Origin: Thunnus thynnus
Lineage: Eukaryota
Assembly: GCF_963924715.1 (NCBI RefSeq)
Contig: NC_089527.1
Location: forward strand, 28,250,551-28,314,550
Direction of reading: 5' to 3'
Length of the DNA stretch: 64,000 nt
Shown here in pieces: positions 14,330 through 25,445 of this stretch. Position 1 is the first letter of the stretch. Each line of letters begins with the position of its first letter. The notes under the pieces were generated by a model. It worked only from the letters and a program-made list of their open reading frames with translations. It was not told the DNA's origin and did not search any database. Position numbers and translations under genes: made by a program.

Positions 14330-14580
14330 CATCACCTCTTTGCAGGTGTAGTTTCTTCTGAAACTGTTGATTTCTTGGAACAAGAGTCCTGCAACAGATG
14401 GTTTGGCTCCACAGAGTCCTGATCTCAACATTATGGAGTCAGTCTGGGATTACATGAGGAGACAGAAGCAGCTGAGACGCCGAAATCCAGAGAAGAACTG
14501 TGGCAAGTCCTTCAAGATGCAGGAGCAACCTGCCAAGTGCCTGAAAAACTGTGTGTAGGTGTATCGAGGAGAACTGCTGC
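14330..14580 (+). mobile_element. Tc1/mariner transposase C-terminal fragment
   Basis: ORF 14367..14558 reads SPATDGLAPQSPDLNIMESVWDYMRRQKQLRRRNPEKNCGKSFKMQEQPAKCLKNCV. This matches the Tc1 transposase C-terminus consensus (WP.QSPDLNPIE.LW..LK...). Only the terminal part is present. Confidence 0.7.
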
Positions 14581-16140
14581 TGTTTTAAAGGCAAAGCTGC
14601 TTTTTGAAAGCATCCTCTCTTTACTTTTAGTGCCTAAAACTTTTGCATAGTACTGTATGTATATTCAGGCTCATTGTCATTTGCTGTGTGAAATGCCTGT
14701 TGAAGGTCGCTTGACTGACACATATACTGAATAAATTTACCAGAAGTGTTGACCGTGTGCAGAAGCTGACGTTTTGTATTTAACTATTGCTTTATACACA
14801 TCTGTATATATACAAGTGTGCATTCTGCACAGCCAAATATTATGAACAGAAATAGGGTAATTTTTCATGTAAGTGCAGAGCTGTTTTAAGTTTTTACAGT
14901 CAAGTCCTAGTTAAAGGATGGACTAACGCACTGTTGGTTTTAGTCCTCTCATGGGATTTGCTGACTACAAACAAAAATCACCAGTCTTATCCTTTAAGTC
15001 TCAGGTCTGTAACAGCAAGTCTCAAGCCAAGTCAGATGTCCTTGAATAAAATCCAAGTCAAGTCATGAGTCTTCAGAGGACAAGTGCAACTCACAATGTA
15101 GTTTCTGAATACTGACCCTTAAAATGTGAAGCCTGCTCTCTCTGGCTTACTGTCTGGATGTATTTTCACTTCTACTAAGGCCAACCTTACTCCATCAAAC
15201 ATAGTACTGCTGCCTTCAACCGCCTCAGAGAAAAGAGGAGCAATACGTTTTAGAAGGACATGATGGGCTGCAACAACTTGGAACGAGATGAATCAACAAT
15301 TTGAAGTATAGATTGCCCTTTTTACTCTGCTTGCCTAACAATGGTGATGTTGTTAATAAGTCCAACATGTTGATACAGAGCAAGATGATTCAACAACCAG
15401 CCAGTCTGTCATTAAATCTACTGTGGATGGTCATGGCCCCCAGAGGATGATATCTAATGTTTTGTACCTCATTTACACCTGACCTGTATCTGGATCTGTA
15501 TGTGATCTGGATAATGCAAGGTGTAAATGTGCTCAGAGCACATTGTGATCAGATCAGCCAGACTGCATCTTGGGTCAGCAAAGTAAGTTGAAAGGTCACT
15601 TAGCTCCATGTCCTCCTGCTAAAGTAAGTCCTGCAAAAGCTACAAGTAGTCTAAGTAGCTAGAAGTCTTCCCTTATATAAAAAAAAAAGAATTATGTCCG
15701 TTCATGGCAGCAGTTTCATTGACCTTGGACGCACCATGTTTGTTGATTCTGCCAACTCTGCCTAGCTAATTTGCATACTGAAATCTGAATACAAAGCATT
15801 TGTATACCAGCTGTAAATGCAAAGATCGGATGTCATTATCCAGATAATGTATCCAGACACAGATCATATGTTAATACCAGGTGTTAATGGGACATTAGGC
15901 TTTGTGACACCTTTTCCTTCTCCTTTTCCTTTTTCCTCTTGTGGCACCATCAGGCCAAATTTTCCAGTTTTACACAAGAAAAATCAAATTCCAAGAGGCA
16001 GATTGTCATGAAATTTAATGAGCACATTTGTATTTCCCTGAAGAGTATGAATGCTTTAAATTTAAATGACCCTCTGACCTTTCCTCCAGCACTGCCCTCA
16101 GGATAAAGCTCCAATTTATGCCTTTATTACAGTAGAAAAA

Positions 16141-16176
16141 TGGTCTGAAGTGAGGGGAGAGAGAGAGAGAGAGATG
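16141..16176. repeat. (GA)n microsatellite
   Basis: gagagagagagagagagag. Confidence 0.85.
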
Positions 16177-18624
16177 GGGAACGACATGTAACAACTGTCC
16201 CTGGCCAGATGCGAATTGGGGACGCTGCAGTTCATGGTTGGTCCTTAACCCCTAAGCCACCAGGGCACCCCAAAGATCACATGTTTTCCACTCCTGCTTA
16301 GATTCTTAGGGGGAAAAAATCAGTGTGTTGTTTATTTGCAGGGTGTTATTATTGCAGCTTTTAGGACAGGGGTTGGCAGGCAGGGCTAGTGTTTTCAGAA
16401 CCGGCCACTGAGGAGCCATCACAGGTTTACAGGAGCAATGACACAGGTATGTATATTTTTATTTGTTTTGTTTGTTTAAATATTTTATTAATCAACTGAA
16501 AATCCAATAACTGGTTTTCTGAAAAAAAATATTTGGATAAAGTTTGAAATCATTTTGCCATTGCTTAAGTGCTGAAGTAGCCCATCTTTGATCTGTAGAT
16601 ACTAAAATATATCCATTTGTACAGTTATGACACATGTAGAAGGATCAGGCTTTAACCTTTCAATTAGTTTATTGGCTTTACCTTTCAACTAGGCAGCAAT
16701 AAAAGCCAGCACCTCCACTCCTGATAAAACCCCATGTGATCTGCTGTGTGTGTGAGTTTTCAAGGGCAGTGATGTTGCTGATTTCTGCTCCGTGTGGCTG
16801 CTTCCCCAAAATGGAAAGCCTTCATAAATCACACATGGAAATTTGAACACCTTGTGCACTTCAATGTAATATCACAGTTATTACAGTATGAAGCCAAAAA
16901 TGCAGCTATGTTTCATTCAAACTGTAGGATTTCTGTCATGTTTATATATACATCTGATCACATATTCATAAAATGTCAAAACCTTTTATAGTGTCTGTGT
17001 ATGGAGTAGAACAAGGCTCATGAAGATTTCACTGTAACGATTAGTACTTTTTTTTTTTATTAGTAGTAGTATTATAAGTGGTGGTTCATTTTAAATGAAG
17101 TCATTTCATAGTATCCAGAGAAACATGAGTCAACATGACTCATGACTCACTTTGCATGACTCAAACTTTTATATTTCAAATGTTCTCAGTAATGTAAAAT
17201 AAGAATTAACATTTCACTTGGACTTTTTTCTGAACAAAATCTCTTTTTTTGTAAAGGAGTCTTACAACAGCAGCAGATACAAAAAACAAACCCCAAATGA
17301 ATTAATATTCAACCTGATTGGTTGAAGAGGAGGACTATTTCAAACCTGAGTCAAAGCCTGATCCTACAACATTTGCTCAAAATGGGTTTTGCTTATTGTT
17401 ACTTCACTTAGAGGTTTGACCTTCACAGTGTGTGACGCTGAAACCTGCAACACATAGCACACATATACTAAAATGGACATCTTGTGCCCTGTAGCGGAAC
17501 TTTTGAAATGAAAAATATTTACATATAGGTTCTGGATTTTACAATGGAGGAGATGCAGTCTTTTGAGAGTTTTTTTTACTATTTATTTAAATTTTTTGTT
17601 GGGATCTTTTAAGAAGAGCAGCACACACACACATACCACAAATTGTCTATCACAGCTGCTCAGTGGCCACCAGCCTCAACTGCACACAGGTTTCTATCCT
17701 TCTGGTTTTGTTTGTAGTACATCTCTCCATCCTGAGGAGGGCAGCAGGCCCTGCAGTGCAGGGCTGTAAACAGAGCAGCCCATGTGAATAACTGGAATCG
17801 CTGCTTTGAACCAGGAAGACAGCTACTCACTGAGTCTGTCAAGTCACAGTAACTGACATCAAGATCACTTCCTGTTTTGTGATCTTCCTTTCATTGTAAA
17901 AGCCAGACAGAAATGGGCCCTTAGTTCGAACAAATTTCAAAAGAGATCTGAGTCGTCGAGCAATTACTATTTATATTTTTATTTATATTCTGACCTGAAT
18001 TCCTTCTTTGTAATTATATGAAACTTTGCTTTCAAAACAACAAAAGAGCAGTTGTTTATTGTTCAGTTTGAACTCTCTTCAAAGCAAGACACAGGTTTAC
18101 TAAGTTTACTACATCCCTGTTTCAAATTTCCAAGGCAGGTTTACAGCAATGTTATCCAGATTGGTAATCATGCTTCTTGGAACAGACTGCCTAAGAGAAA
18201 AAAATGCACCACTTACCATACTATTTTTTTTTATCTTATCAGTTTTAAAACTGCACAAGGAAATATTTCCATATACACATTGAATCAAATGACTTCACAC
18301 GTAAATGCTACTCCTGACAATTCCACTGAGAAACTCAGCTCCACAACAGCAAGCTGTATTTATCCATCTCTGGCCACAAGGGAAAGGAAAACACAGCCGC
18401 CGCCACCATATCACCAACCTATGAAGTTATCAAATAGTCACTGCCCCTTTTATCTTCGTTTTGGTCTCAAAATCAAAAGATGTATTGATGTATGAAATTT
18501 TGATATAGAAACAAATGAATGATAACTTTACAATTTTTCGAACATCAATTGTTTAAAATGTGTTCATTATGACTGTGAAAAGCTGGGAATTAGTTCAAAG
18601 CTTGTTCATTTTCAGCAGGTTTAA

Positions 18625-19280
18625 AGGACAGGTTCACAATTTTTCAAGTCTGTCTTGAACAACAGTTAGGAGCCCAAATAAGTTTTGAAACAGGTTTTTC
18701 TCACTGTAATCATTCCTCCTGTTCATACTGGCCATCAGACGATCCCCTCATAATACACTTAGAGTGTAAGTGATGGGGGACAAAATCCACAGTCCTCCTT
18801 CTGTGCAAAAATATATTTAAAAGTTTATCTGAAGCTAATATGAAGCTTCCGTCCAAATGAGTCAAATCAAGTAGATATCTTTCAATGTTACAGTCTTTTT
18901 AGTGTCAAAGTTCCTCTTTTTGTTACTATACTTCCACCACAGCTCAACAGGGAAACACTGTCCGAGGACACACAAAGAGATGAGAATTTGAAGCTAAAAA
19001 GACTGTAAATGTGGCAGATATGCACTTGATATGACTAACTCAGACTGCTGAAGCCTCATATAAGCTTCACATCAACTTTTTAATGCATTTTTGCACCAAA
19101 TGACTGTGTGGACACACTGTGGATTTCACTCCATCACTTACATTGAATACTTTTTAATAGCCAGTATGAACAGGAGGAATGATTACAGTGAGGAAAAACT
19201 CTGTTCTGGTCTGAAAAACTGTTCATATGGACACCTGACTGTTGTTTTAAGACAGACTTGAAAAATTGTGAGCCTATCCT
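18625..19280. mobile_element. TTAA-flanked foldback/MITE element (656 bp) with ~190-bp terminal inverted repeats; possible piggyBac-type non-autonomous element
   Basis: The left end AGGACAGGTTCACAATTTTTCAAGTCTGTCTT (18625-) matches the reverse complement of the right end ...AAGACAGACTTGAAAAATTGTGAGCCTATCCT (-19280). The arms align for about 190 bp. TTAA lies immediately outside both ends (18621-18624 and 19281-19284). The element sits about 600 bp upstream of the PARP4 ATG. Confidence 0.65.
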
Positions 19281-19610
19281 TTAATATCACAACCTTTATT
19301 TTGAAAACACAAGCCTACAAGCAGATAATGCTGAAAGCTTTTCGCTAGCCTGATAGACACAGCAGTGAAGTCAACAGCAGGAGTGTTGTCTGGATGCCTG
19401 CAGTAAAGTAAGCCTCATTTTCTTTCTTTAATCAGCAATAAGTTAGTGTTGTCACTCATTTAATAGCTGTTGCTTTTATTCGCAAAATAAATGTTACAGA
19501 GAGCTGAGGGCTAAGGACAACTTCACTTTGTTGATTGTTTCATTTTGGTTTGTTATTGTTTTTTGTTTATTATTGTTTTCTTAGTTGTTGAATATGAACA
19601 CATTTAGCGT

Positions 19611-19700
19611 TAGGTGTGTGTGTGTGTGTTTGTTTGTGTTTGTGTGTTTGTGTGTATGTGTGTATGTTAGAGACAGAGAGGGGGGGAGGGGGGTGGGGTC
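19611..19700. repeat. Imperfect (GT)n microsatellite followed by a G-rich tract
   Basis: gtgtgtgtgtgtgtttgtttgtgtttgtgtg...agagggggggaggggggtggggtc, about 180 bp upstream of the PARP4 start codon. Confidence 0.85.
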
Positions 19701-19875
19701 AAGTCAAGTGTGGTTATGTTGGTGATAATTAAAAATCATCACATTTGAGTGTACATAACCAACAGGTCACACCAAAAGAGCGAAAGAGAAGAAAAAACAC
19801 CTACAAACTCAGCAGCTGAAAGCAGCTGATATTGTGTTATAATGGCCTGCTTGGGTGTGTCCTCTCCTCACAGGC

Positions 19876-20001
19876 ATGGCTGTGTTTGAGAGCTGCTCCG
19901 TGCTTTTGGAGCTGAAAAACTTGCCGTTCAAGGAAAAGAAGAAGTTGAAGTCAGCTGTAACAGAGAATGGAGGCAACATCTCCTTTGTGGTCAACAAACA
20001 G
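19876..20001 (+). CDS. parp4: PARP4 (vault PARP) coding exon 1: start codon and BRCT N-terminus
   Basis: MAVFESCSVLLELKNLPFKEKKKLKSAVTENGGNISFVVNKQ aligns with human PARP4 MVMGIFANCIFCLKVKYLPQQQKKKLQTDIKENGGKFSFSLNPQ. The donor is cag|GTcaga. The polypyrimidine tract plus cacag immediately 5' of the ATG suggests an upstream non-coding exon. Confidence 0.8.
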
Positions 20002-20293
20002 GTCAGATGATGTGATCACTCTCCGCTGCCAGTGCCTGGTTAGGCAGGTATCACCCTGTTTGTAGAGATGTCAGTCTGGTTAAGGTCCTTTTATTAAAAA
20101 CAGAATATATCCTTCTACAATATGATTAATGCAAATGCAGCTTGCATGATTATATGTCATCCTAGTGGTACAATCGAGAAAGACGTCATGGCATTCTAGA
20201 TTTGGTCTGCCTCTGCCCGATGGATATACAGTATTCATATACAATATCAAAACTCACAACTTGTTTTCTGATTTCTGTCTACATTTTCAACAG

Positions 20294-20519
20294 TGCTCTC
20301 TGATTGTGACCAATGACATATCCAACCTGAGCTCCAACAGGCTTCGTAGTGTCCAGAAATACCAAACGCCCGTGGTCGGGATGGATTATGTGTACAGCTG
20401 TCTGGGGAGAGGAGTTCTTCTGCCTGTGGATGAATACAAGCTGGATACTTCCTGTCTCTCTGCTTTTTCTCCTGCTCTTTCTCTCTCCTCACCAAGGCGA
20501 GATCCACTCTCACATCAAG
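20294..20519 (+). CDS. parp4: PARP4 exon 2: rest of BRCT domain and start of linker
   Basis: CSLIVTNDISNLSSNRLRSVQKYQTPVVGMDYVYSCLGRGVLLPVDEYKLD... matches human CTHIILDNADVLSQYQLNSIQKNHVHIANPDFIWKSIREKRLLDVKNYDPYKPLD. The acceptor is caacag| and the donor is caag|GTatcg. It ends in phase 1. Confidence 0.7.
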
Positions 20520-23005
20520 GTATCGTCTTTCATAGGCAGAACTGTTTCCGAGAGGCGCACAGACATCCATAAATATTTTGCAACATGTACACTAAAACAG
20601 GAGAAGAACCTCTTGTGCTCTGCTGTGTTGTTTGCTTGTTTTATGTGGACATGACAAAAATACTTTCATCAGATCACCTTTGTCACGTCCACATGAGATA
20701 AAAAAGCAAAACATGCATGTATAGTGTACTGCATGTAGTTATTTGACAGCAGAGTGATGTGGGGAAGTTTTAACTAAAAAAGTGGGAATCAGTTTGGGTG
20801 GACTGAATAGGAATAACATCATATTTCCATGTAAGAAAAATATCATCAGTAAAAAAATTAGGTAACAAAGTTAATCTGTTAAGAAAAAAAATTACTTTCT
20901 TCAGGAAGTTTAGGTGTCCACTTCACAGAGTCTTTATTCATGTATATATTCAAATTCATACATAATTCAGGATTAATTAAAGCAGCTATAATAAATATTT
21001 TTATAGTAACGCTGTGTGATATCTTAGGGTACATGTCATTAGATACGACACTTGTCTTCAGTTGAGCTGGCTTTAATGTACTAACGGCCATAACCACGTT
21101 ATAACATGACCAACATGGGGGTACAACTTCTCTTAGTTACTGCCATAACATTCTGCGTAAGACTGTATATAATCCCTCTTAATGGTAAGTGGTACCAGAG
21201 CCTTCTAGTGGCTCGGGGCTGCAATGACATGCAACAGTCACTTCATGACACGCTGTATCAAATGACAGTGTGTAATGTGAGAGACATCACTCATAGTAAT
21301 GAACCTAAAGCGAATTATCACCCTACTCTGCAGCTCCTTTCGGCTTTACAGAGTTTTACGGCAAGTTTTACGGCACTTTACTGTTTTGTTTCACTCTCAC
21401 CACTCTCACCGCTCTCATAGTGTCATTTTCTGCTGCAGCAGGCAGCTGTTTTTGAGTTAGCGACTAGCTGGTGAACATGGTTGATGGAACATGGTGATGG
21501 AGAATTTGGCAGCTTAAGAGACAGATATTCCACTCAGGAGTTGATAGAGCCAACAAACAGAGCTAAAAGAGACTGAATATTGGACTTAAATTCATCAGGT
21601 GACCAGAAACATGACTCAAATGATAATGTTGCTCTGTAACTACAGGATGTGTAAATAAGCAAGTGTTTGCTGCAATGGGGCTGCAATATAACAAGTTGTC
21701 AGTGTTGTGTTCACAATTTATTTCCACAGCCAAGTGGTCAAAATTTGTTATAATTAAGTTACTGCAGGTTTAAGGGGTCATGTTAATACATGCATACATG
21801 TCTATTTTACTTCTGCCTGTGCTGGATAAAAATAATGCTTACAGGTTTCATGTAATAATGAATTTCACATTTCTAGTTTGGTACATAAAACATAAAAAGA
21901 ATTTGCTATTTACCATAAGTTGCAATAGCTGCAATGGTTGGGTAGGAAAAGAAAATAGCGCCACTTGTAAAAACTCAAAGTACCTCCCAACACCCAAACA
22001 CAAGGAAATCTGACTCTCACCAGCGCTGGCTCCAATTCAGGAGGACTGAATTTGATTGGCTACTGCATTTGACTTCCCCATTGCCAGGCCTGAATATAAT
22101 CCACGCCATATAATTAACAGGTGATATCTGGAAAATGTTGTGCAAAAACACCACAGCAATAAATGCTTAGCATCAAAGTTGGAGACTAAGTAGAAAAACA
22201 CAGATTTGCGGATTCTTTCTTAAAAATAACATACATGTTGGAAAATGAAGTAACTGCAGCAGTAAAGTGAAGGACCATGATGGTGAAGGCCACAGCACGC
22301 CTAACCCTAAACTTGATATTTGTACATGCACGTTATTTAGCTGATAATGTATCATACTTTTATATTAAAGTGCGGACTATGCAGTGTGGATTTGTACTGT
22401 AAACTGTGCAATCAGAGATGTGGGAGTGAAAAATGCCGATCACTCACTTTGTACTCTCTCAGCTAGTTACAGAAGGCAGACAAAAAAAAAAATCAGAATC
22501 AGGACTCCACCCAGTTCCAGCACAATGACTCATGATCCCTCTGTGAACCTGCCTTTAACATTTAGCACAGATACAAGTTACAAGTTCCTTGTGTTTTGGA
22601 CACTGGTCCAGTAGCTTTGTCTCCCCACCTTTGTTTCCGTGATGATATATGGACATGCTGATGAAAAATCCAGTTTACACTCAGTCAGCAGGTTTAAGTG
22701 CAAACAACAGTCTTTTAGTTAGATAAAGGGTGTGTTTGCTCATCTGGTGTGTGCTGCACTCCACATTGTTACACATTCATATTTCTTTAGAGCAAACATA
22801 CCGCAATGAAGTGTCATGAATGATGTGTGTTTGTGATAATCCATTTGTCACCTTATTTACATAGCCGGTGTGTACTGAAGTTTAAATGCATACCAACTCT
22901 AATGCATTTATTGCAGAACATGTGACTTGAGTTTGAGTGTGTTGCTAATGTGTGCGTGTGTGCTCTATCTGTGTATTTTAGTAACTGATATACTGACAAG
23001 TAGAG

Positions 23006-23105
23006 CAGTTGCTGAGCCATCCAAAGGTCAAGCTGAGCCTGTGGACTCTATAAGCCTGACTCAGAGGGTGGAGACTCAAGAAAGGAGTGGAGGCATTCTG
23101 GAAAG
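23006..23105 (+). CDS. parp4: PARP4 candidate acidic-linker exon (NAGNAG acceptor; start 23006 or 23009)
   Basis: (A)VAEPSKGQAEPVDSISLTQRVETQERSGGILE(R) corresponds in character to human linker SSEVKTEGLCPDSATEEEDTVELTEFGMQNVE. The donor is gaaag|GTtcag. It closes the phase gap between exon 2 (phase 1) and the next exon (needs 2 carried-over bases). Confidence 0.45.
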
Positions 23106-23699
23106 GTTCAGGTGTGGATAAGAGTCATCCTCATACAATAACACTGTCAATTGTGCAGATTGTGTACACATCATGAAACTTTCATCATTCTTAAACAGTA
23201 TATAGATTATATATATGTTACTTTGATTTATTGTTATTAATTTCCATGAAAAACTTAATAGCTTTCTCATATGAGGAGAGTAATGCTGTTTGTCCAGATT
23301 TTTTTCTTTTGTCATTACACCATCAGTCAAAGATTTCAAGGATTATAGTATTAAAGAGAGTAGCTTTCTCACAGCCACTGGCAGGGCACGCTTTAAAGGG
23401 AGCAATCCACCATAAAAATAATTTGTTTTGAAAATGTGATTATTTTTTCTATTTGGGAGTTCAAATCCCAAATTTATCCATTCGAAGATGCAGTTAAACC
23501 ACATGTGCCTCCTGAAAAATAACTAGCGCTCACATGGCGGTAGAAACAACTGGGGAAAACACACTGCTGTACAAGAGCTGGAAAACTAAGTCAGCATTTA
23601 GTTTTCATAAACATTTCTGCAGAAAAGTGTATTCTCAAATAATATATAGGAAATGACATTTATCTTTGCATTTTTGTTGTCATTTGTTAAATTTTACAG

Positions 23700-23778
23700 A
23701 ATTTATACTGAAACTGATCATGATATTCCAACATACCCGGATCATTTTCAAGTGGCCAAATATTCCATCTTTGAAAAG
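23700..23778 (+). CDS. parp4: PARP4 exon: linker
   Basis: (R)IYTETDHDIPTYPDHFQVAKYSIFEK matches human EIPHLPQDFEVAKYNTLEKV. The acceptor is ttttacag| and the donor is gaaaag|GTaaag. Confidence 0.75.
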
Positions 23779-23870
23779 GTAAAGCTGCAATTTATTTCTA
23801 GGTTACTGCCACCACTACTGTTACTGTATTACAATGATTACTATCATTTATAATCAACATTTCTCTTTAG

Positions 23871-23975
23871 ATTAACAGCAACACTTGGTGCATTCTGGAG
23901 CTGCAGAGTGCCAAAGGAAAGAAAGGGCGGCAATACCGTGTGGTCAAGTATTGGAAGGACGATATAGGAGCTAAT
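23871..23975 (+). CDS. parp4: PARP4 exon: linker
   Basis: INSNTWCILELQSAKGKKGRQYRVVKYWKDDIGAN matches human AVVVELQCSRDSRDCPFLISSHFLLDDGME. The acceptor is ctctttag| and the donor is ctaat|GTaagt. Confidence 0.7.
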
Positions 23976-24330
23976 GTAAGTCTGTTGTATATTACTGTTT
24001 GTAGTGCATCTCAGCTCACAGATTACCTTATTTGCTTGTTAGCAGTTTGGTAATATTTGATTTCTTTGAGCTAGATAGTAAGGACAAACAAAAAGTAATT
24101 ACAGTAAAATCACCGCTTCAAACTGTGCTATATACATGAGTCAACATTTAGACCATCATAAGACACTAATCTGTCTAAATCCAGACCACATGTGTCCTTG
24201 AGTCAGAGTCATCCAGTTTTAGCTCCAGCAGAGTCATGAGTCAAAATTTGGGGCCCATGACTGGACTTGAGTAGAACAATTTTCATGTTGGAAGAACATA
24301 AAAACATGTACCCTGTCTTTGTGCTAACAG

Positions 24331-24489
24331 AAGGCGGCAGTGAGGGATATGCTGGCATTTCTGTCCACCTCAGAGGAAGCTCTAGAGATGTACCAGGCCT
24401 TGAAAGAGACCCTGCAGGCTTCAGGTCTGCAGCTCAGGACCAGCATCCCTCCGCAGGCCCGTGACCTGGGCTCCCTCCCCCTCCAGCAG
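24331..24489 (+). CDS. parp4: PARP4 exon: start of PARP regulatory (alpha-helical) region
   Basis: KAAVRDMLAFLSTSEEALEMYQALKETLQASGLQLRTSIPPQARDLGSLPLQQ. The acceptor is ctaacag| and the donor is cagcag|GTccga. It is in frame with ORF 24340..24534. Confidence 0.75.
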
Positions 24490-24960
24490 GTCCGACACAC
24501 TCTCTGCACATTGATTCAGCAATTGAGACATTAGCTGACTGCGCTCCAAGTAATAATGAAACGAGTACCATAGCTCAACTAAGTATGCACTGAGTTCCAT
24601 GATTTGCCAGGTTACCAGACCTTTGTGGTCCGCTCCTCATCTCTGCTCGAGGCTAGCGGCCACTAGCATAACACATCTGAATCCCAAATCAAACTGTTGG
24701 CAGTCAAGTTGCATTGTGGGTAACATTGGCGCCAGGTTTTGTCAAGGAAAAAGACTGCATCGTTTTTTTTTCAGTCCTTTTTGTTAAACTGCCCATCATG
24801 AAGCTGACAATGTTAAATGTTAATCAGTGCAGTACTCTTTTAAGGTTGGCTTTGTGTTCTTAAGATATCTGTGCGCTTAGAGTAATTACTGCTGCTGGAC
24901 TTTCATGCTAAATTTAATTAGCTGATCAGTTGATTGACATGTGCCTTGTTTGCCTGGCAG

Positions 24961-25098
24961 CTGCTGCTGGAGGAGAAGCTGAGCACAGGAAGCTTGTCGC
25001 AGGATGTGGGCTTGTTTGTGGAGCTGCTGTGGACCGAGGCCCTGGGTTGCCTTGGCAACATCCTCAGAGTTTCAGTCGACAAACTCAGCCTCAATGAT
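24961..25098 (+). CDS. parp4: PARP4 exon: PARP regulatory domain
   Basis: LLLEEKLSTGSLSQDVGLFVELLWTEALGCLGNILRVSVDKLSLND matches human LLLEEVMNSSTLSQEVSDLVEMIWAEALGHLEHMLLKPVNRISLND. Confidence 0.9.
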
Positions 25099-25240
25099 GT
25101 AAGGCTTCCCCTGTGGATCGTCCTGTGAAATCTCAGTCTGACAGTAGCATCAGCTGTCCCGTCAGCCTGTTGTTTGTTTCACCTTCCAAGAAAGACTGTC
25201 GGATCACAAATCTGATTAGAATCACACCGTTGCTCCATGC

Positions 25241-25244
25241 TGTC

Positions 25245-25276
<32 letters not shown>
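25241..25276. repeat. (TG)18 microsatellite forming the 3' end of a PARP4 intron
   Basis: tgtgtgtgtgtgtgtgtgtgtgtgtgtgtgtag, immediately before the exon at 25278. Confidence 0.9.
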
Positions 25277-25277
<1 letters not shown>

Positions 25278-25445
25278 GTGAGCAGGGCGGAGGGCTTGTT
25301 GATTCAGGCTCAAAGAAAGCAGAGAGAGGGGAATTATGCTGAGGTGATGTCCCTTCTGGATGAGGTTTACACCCTGCTGCCACACAGAGAGCCCCATCCA
25401 CCTCCCAATGCCAAGCTCATCTCTCAGAAACTGGACCTCTGTCAG
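25278..25445 (+). CDS. parp4: PARP4 exon: PARP regulatory domain
   Basis: VSRAEGLLIQAQRKQREGNYAEVMSLLDEVYTLLPHREPHPPPNAKLISQKLDLCQ matches human VSKAEGILLLVKAALKNGETAEQLQKMMTEFYRLIPHKGTMPKEVNLGLLAKKADLCQ. A (TG)18 repeat runs directly into the acceptor: tgtgtgtgtag|GTGAGC. Confidence 0.9.

Noticed and set aside
16190-16285. Possible tRNA-derived SINE after a (GA)n repeat (ccctggccagatgcgaattggggacgctgcagttcatggttggtcc...)
   Set aside because: I could not identify A/B boxes or a tRNA-like cloverleaf by eye, and I saw no second copy in the window. It is left unannotated.
18052-18495. 147-aa ORF just upstream of the foldback element
   Set aside because: It has no recognisable domain and no splice context. 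It runs through AT-rich intergenic sequence, so it is most likely a chance ORF.
20247-20570. Minus-strand ORF overlapping PARP4 exon 2
   Set aside because: It is an antisense shadow ORF of a coding exon. The BRCT homology is on the + strand.
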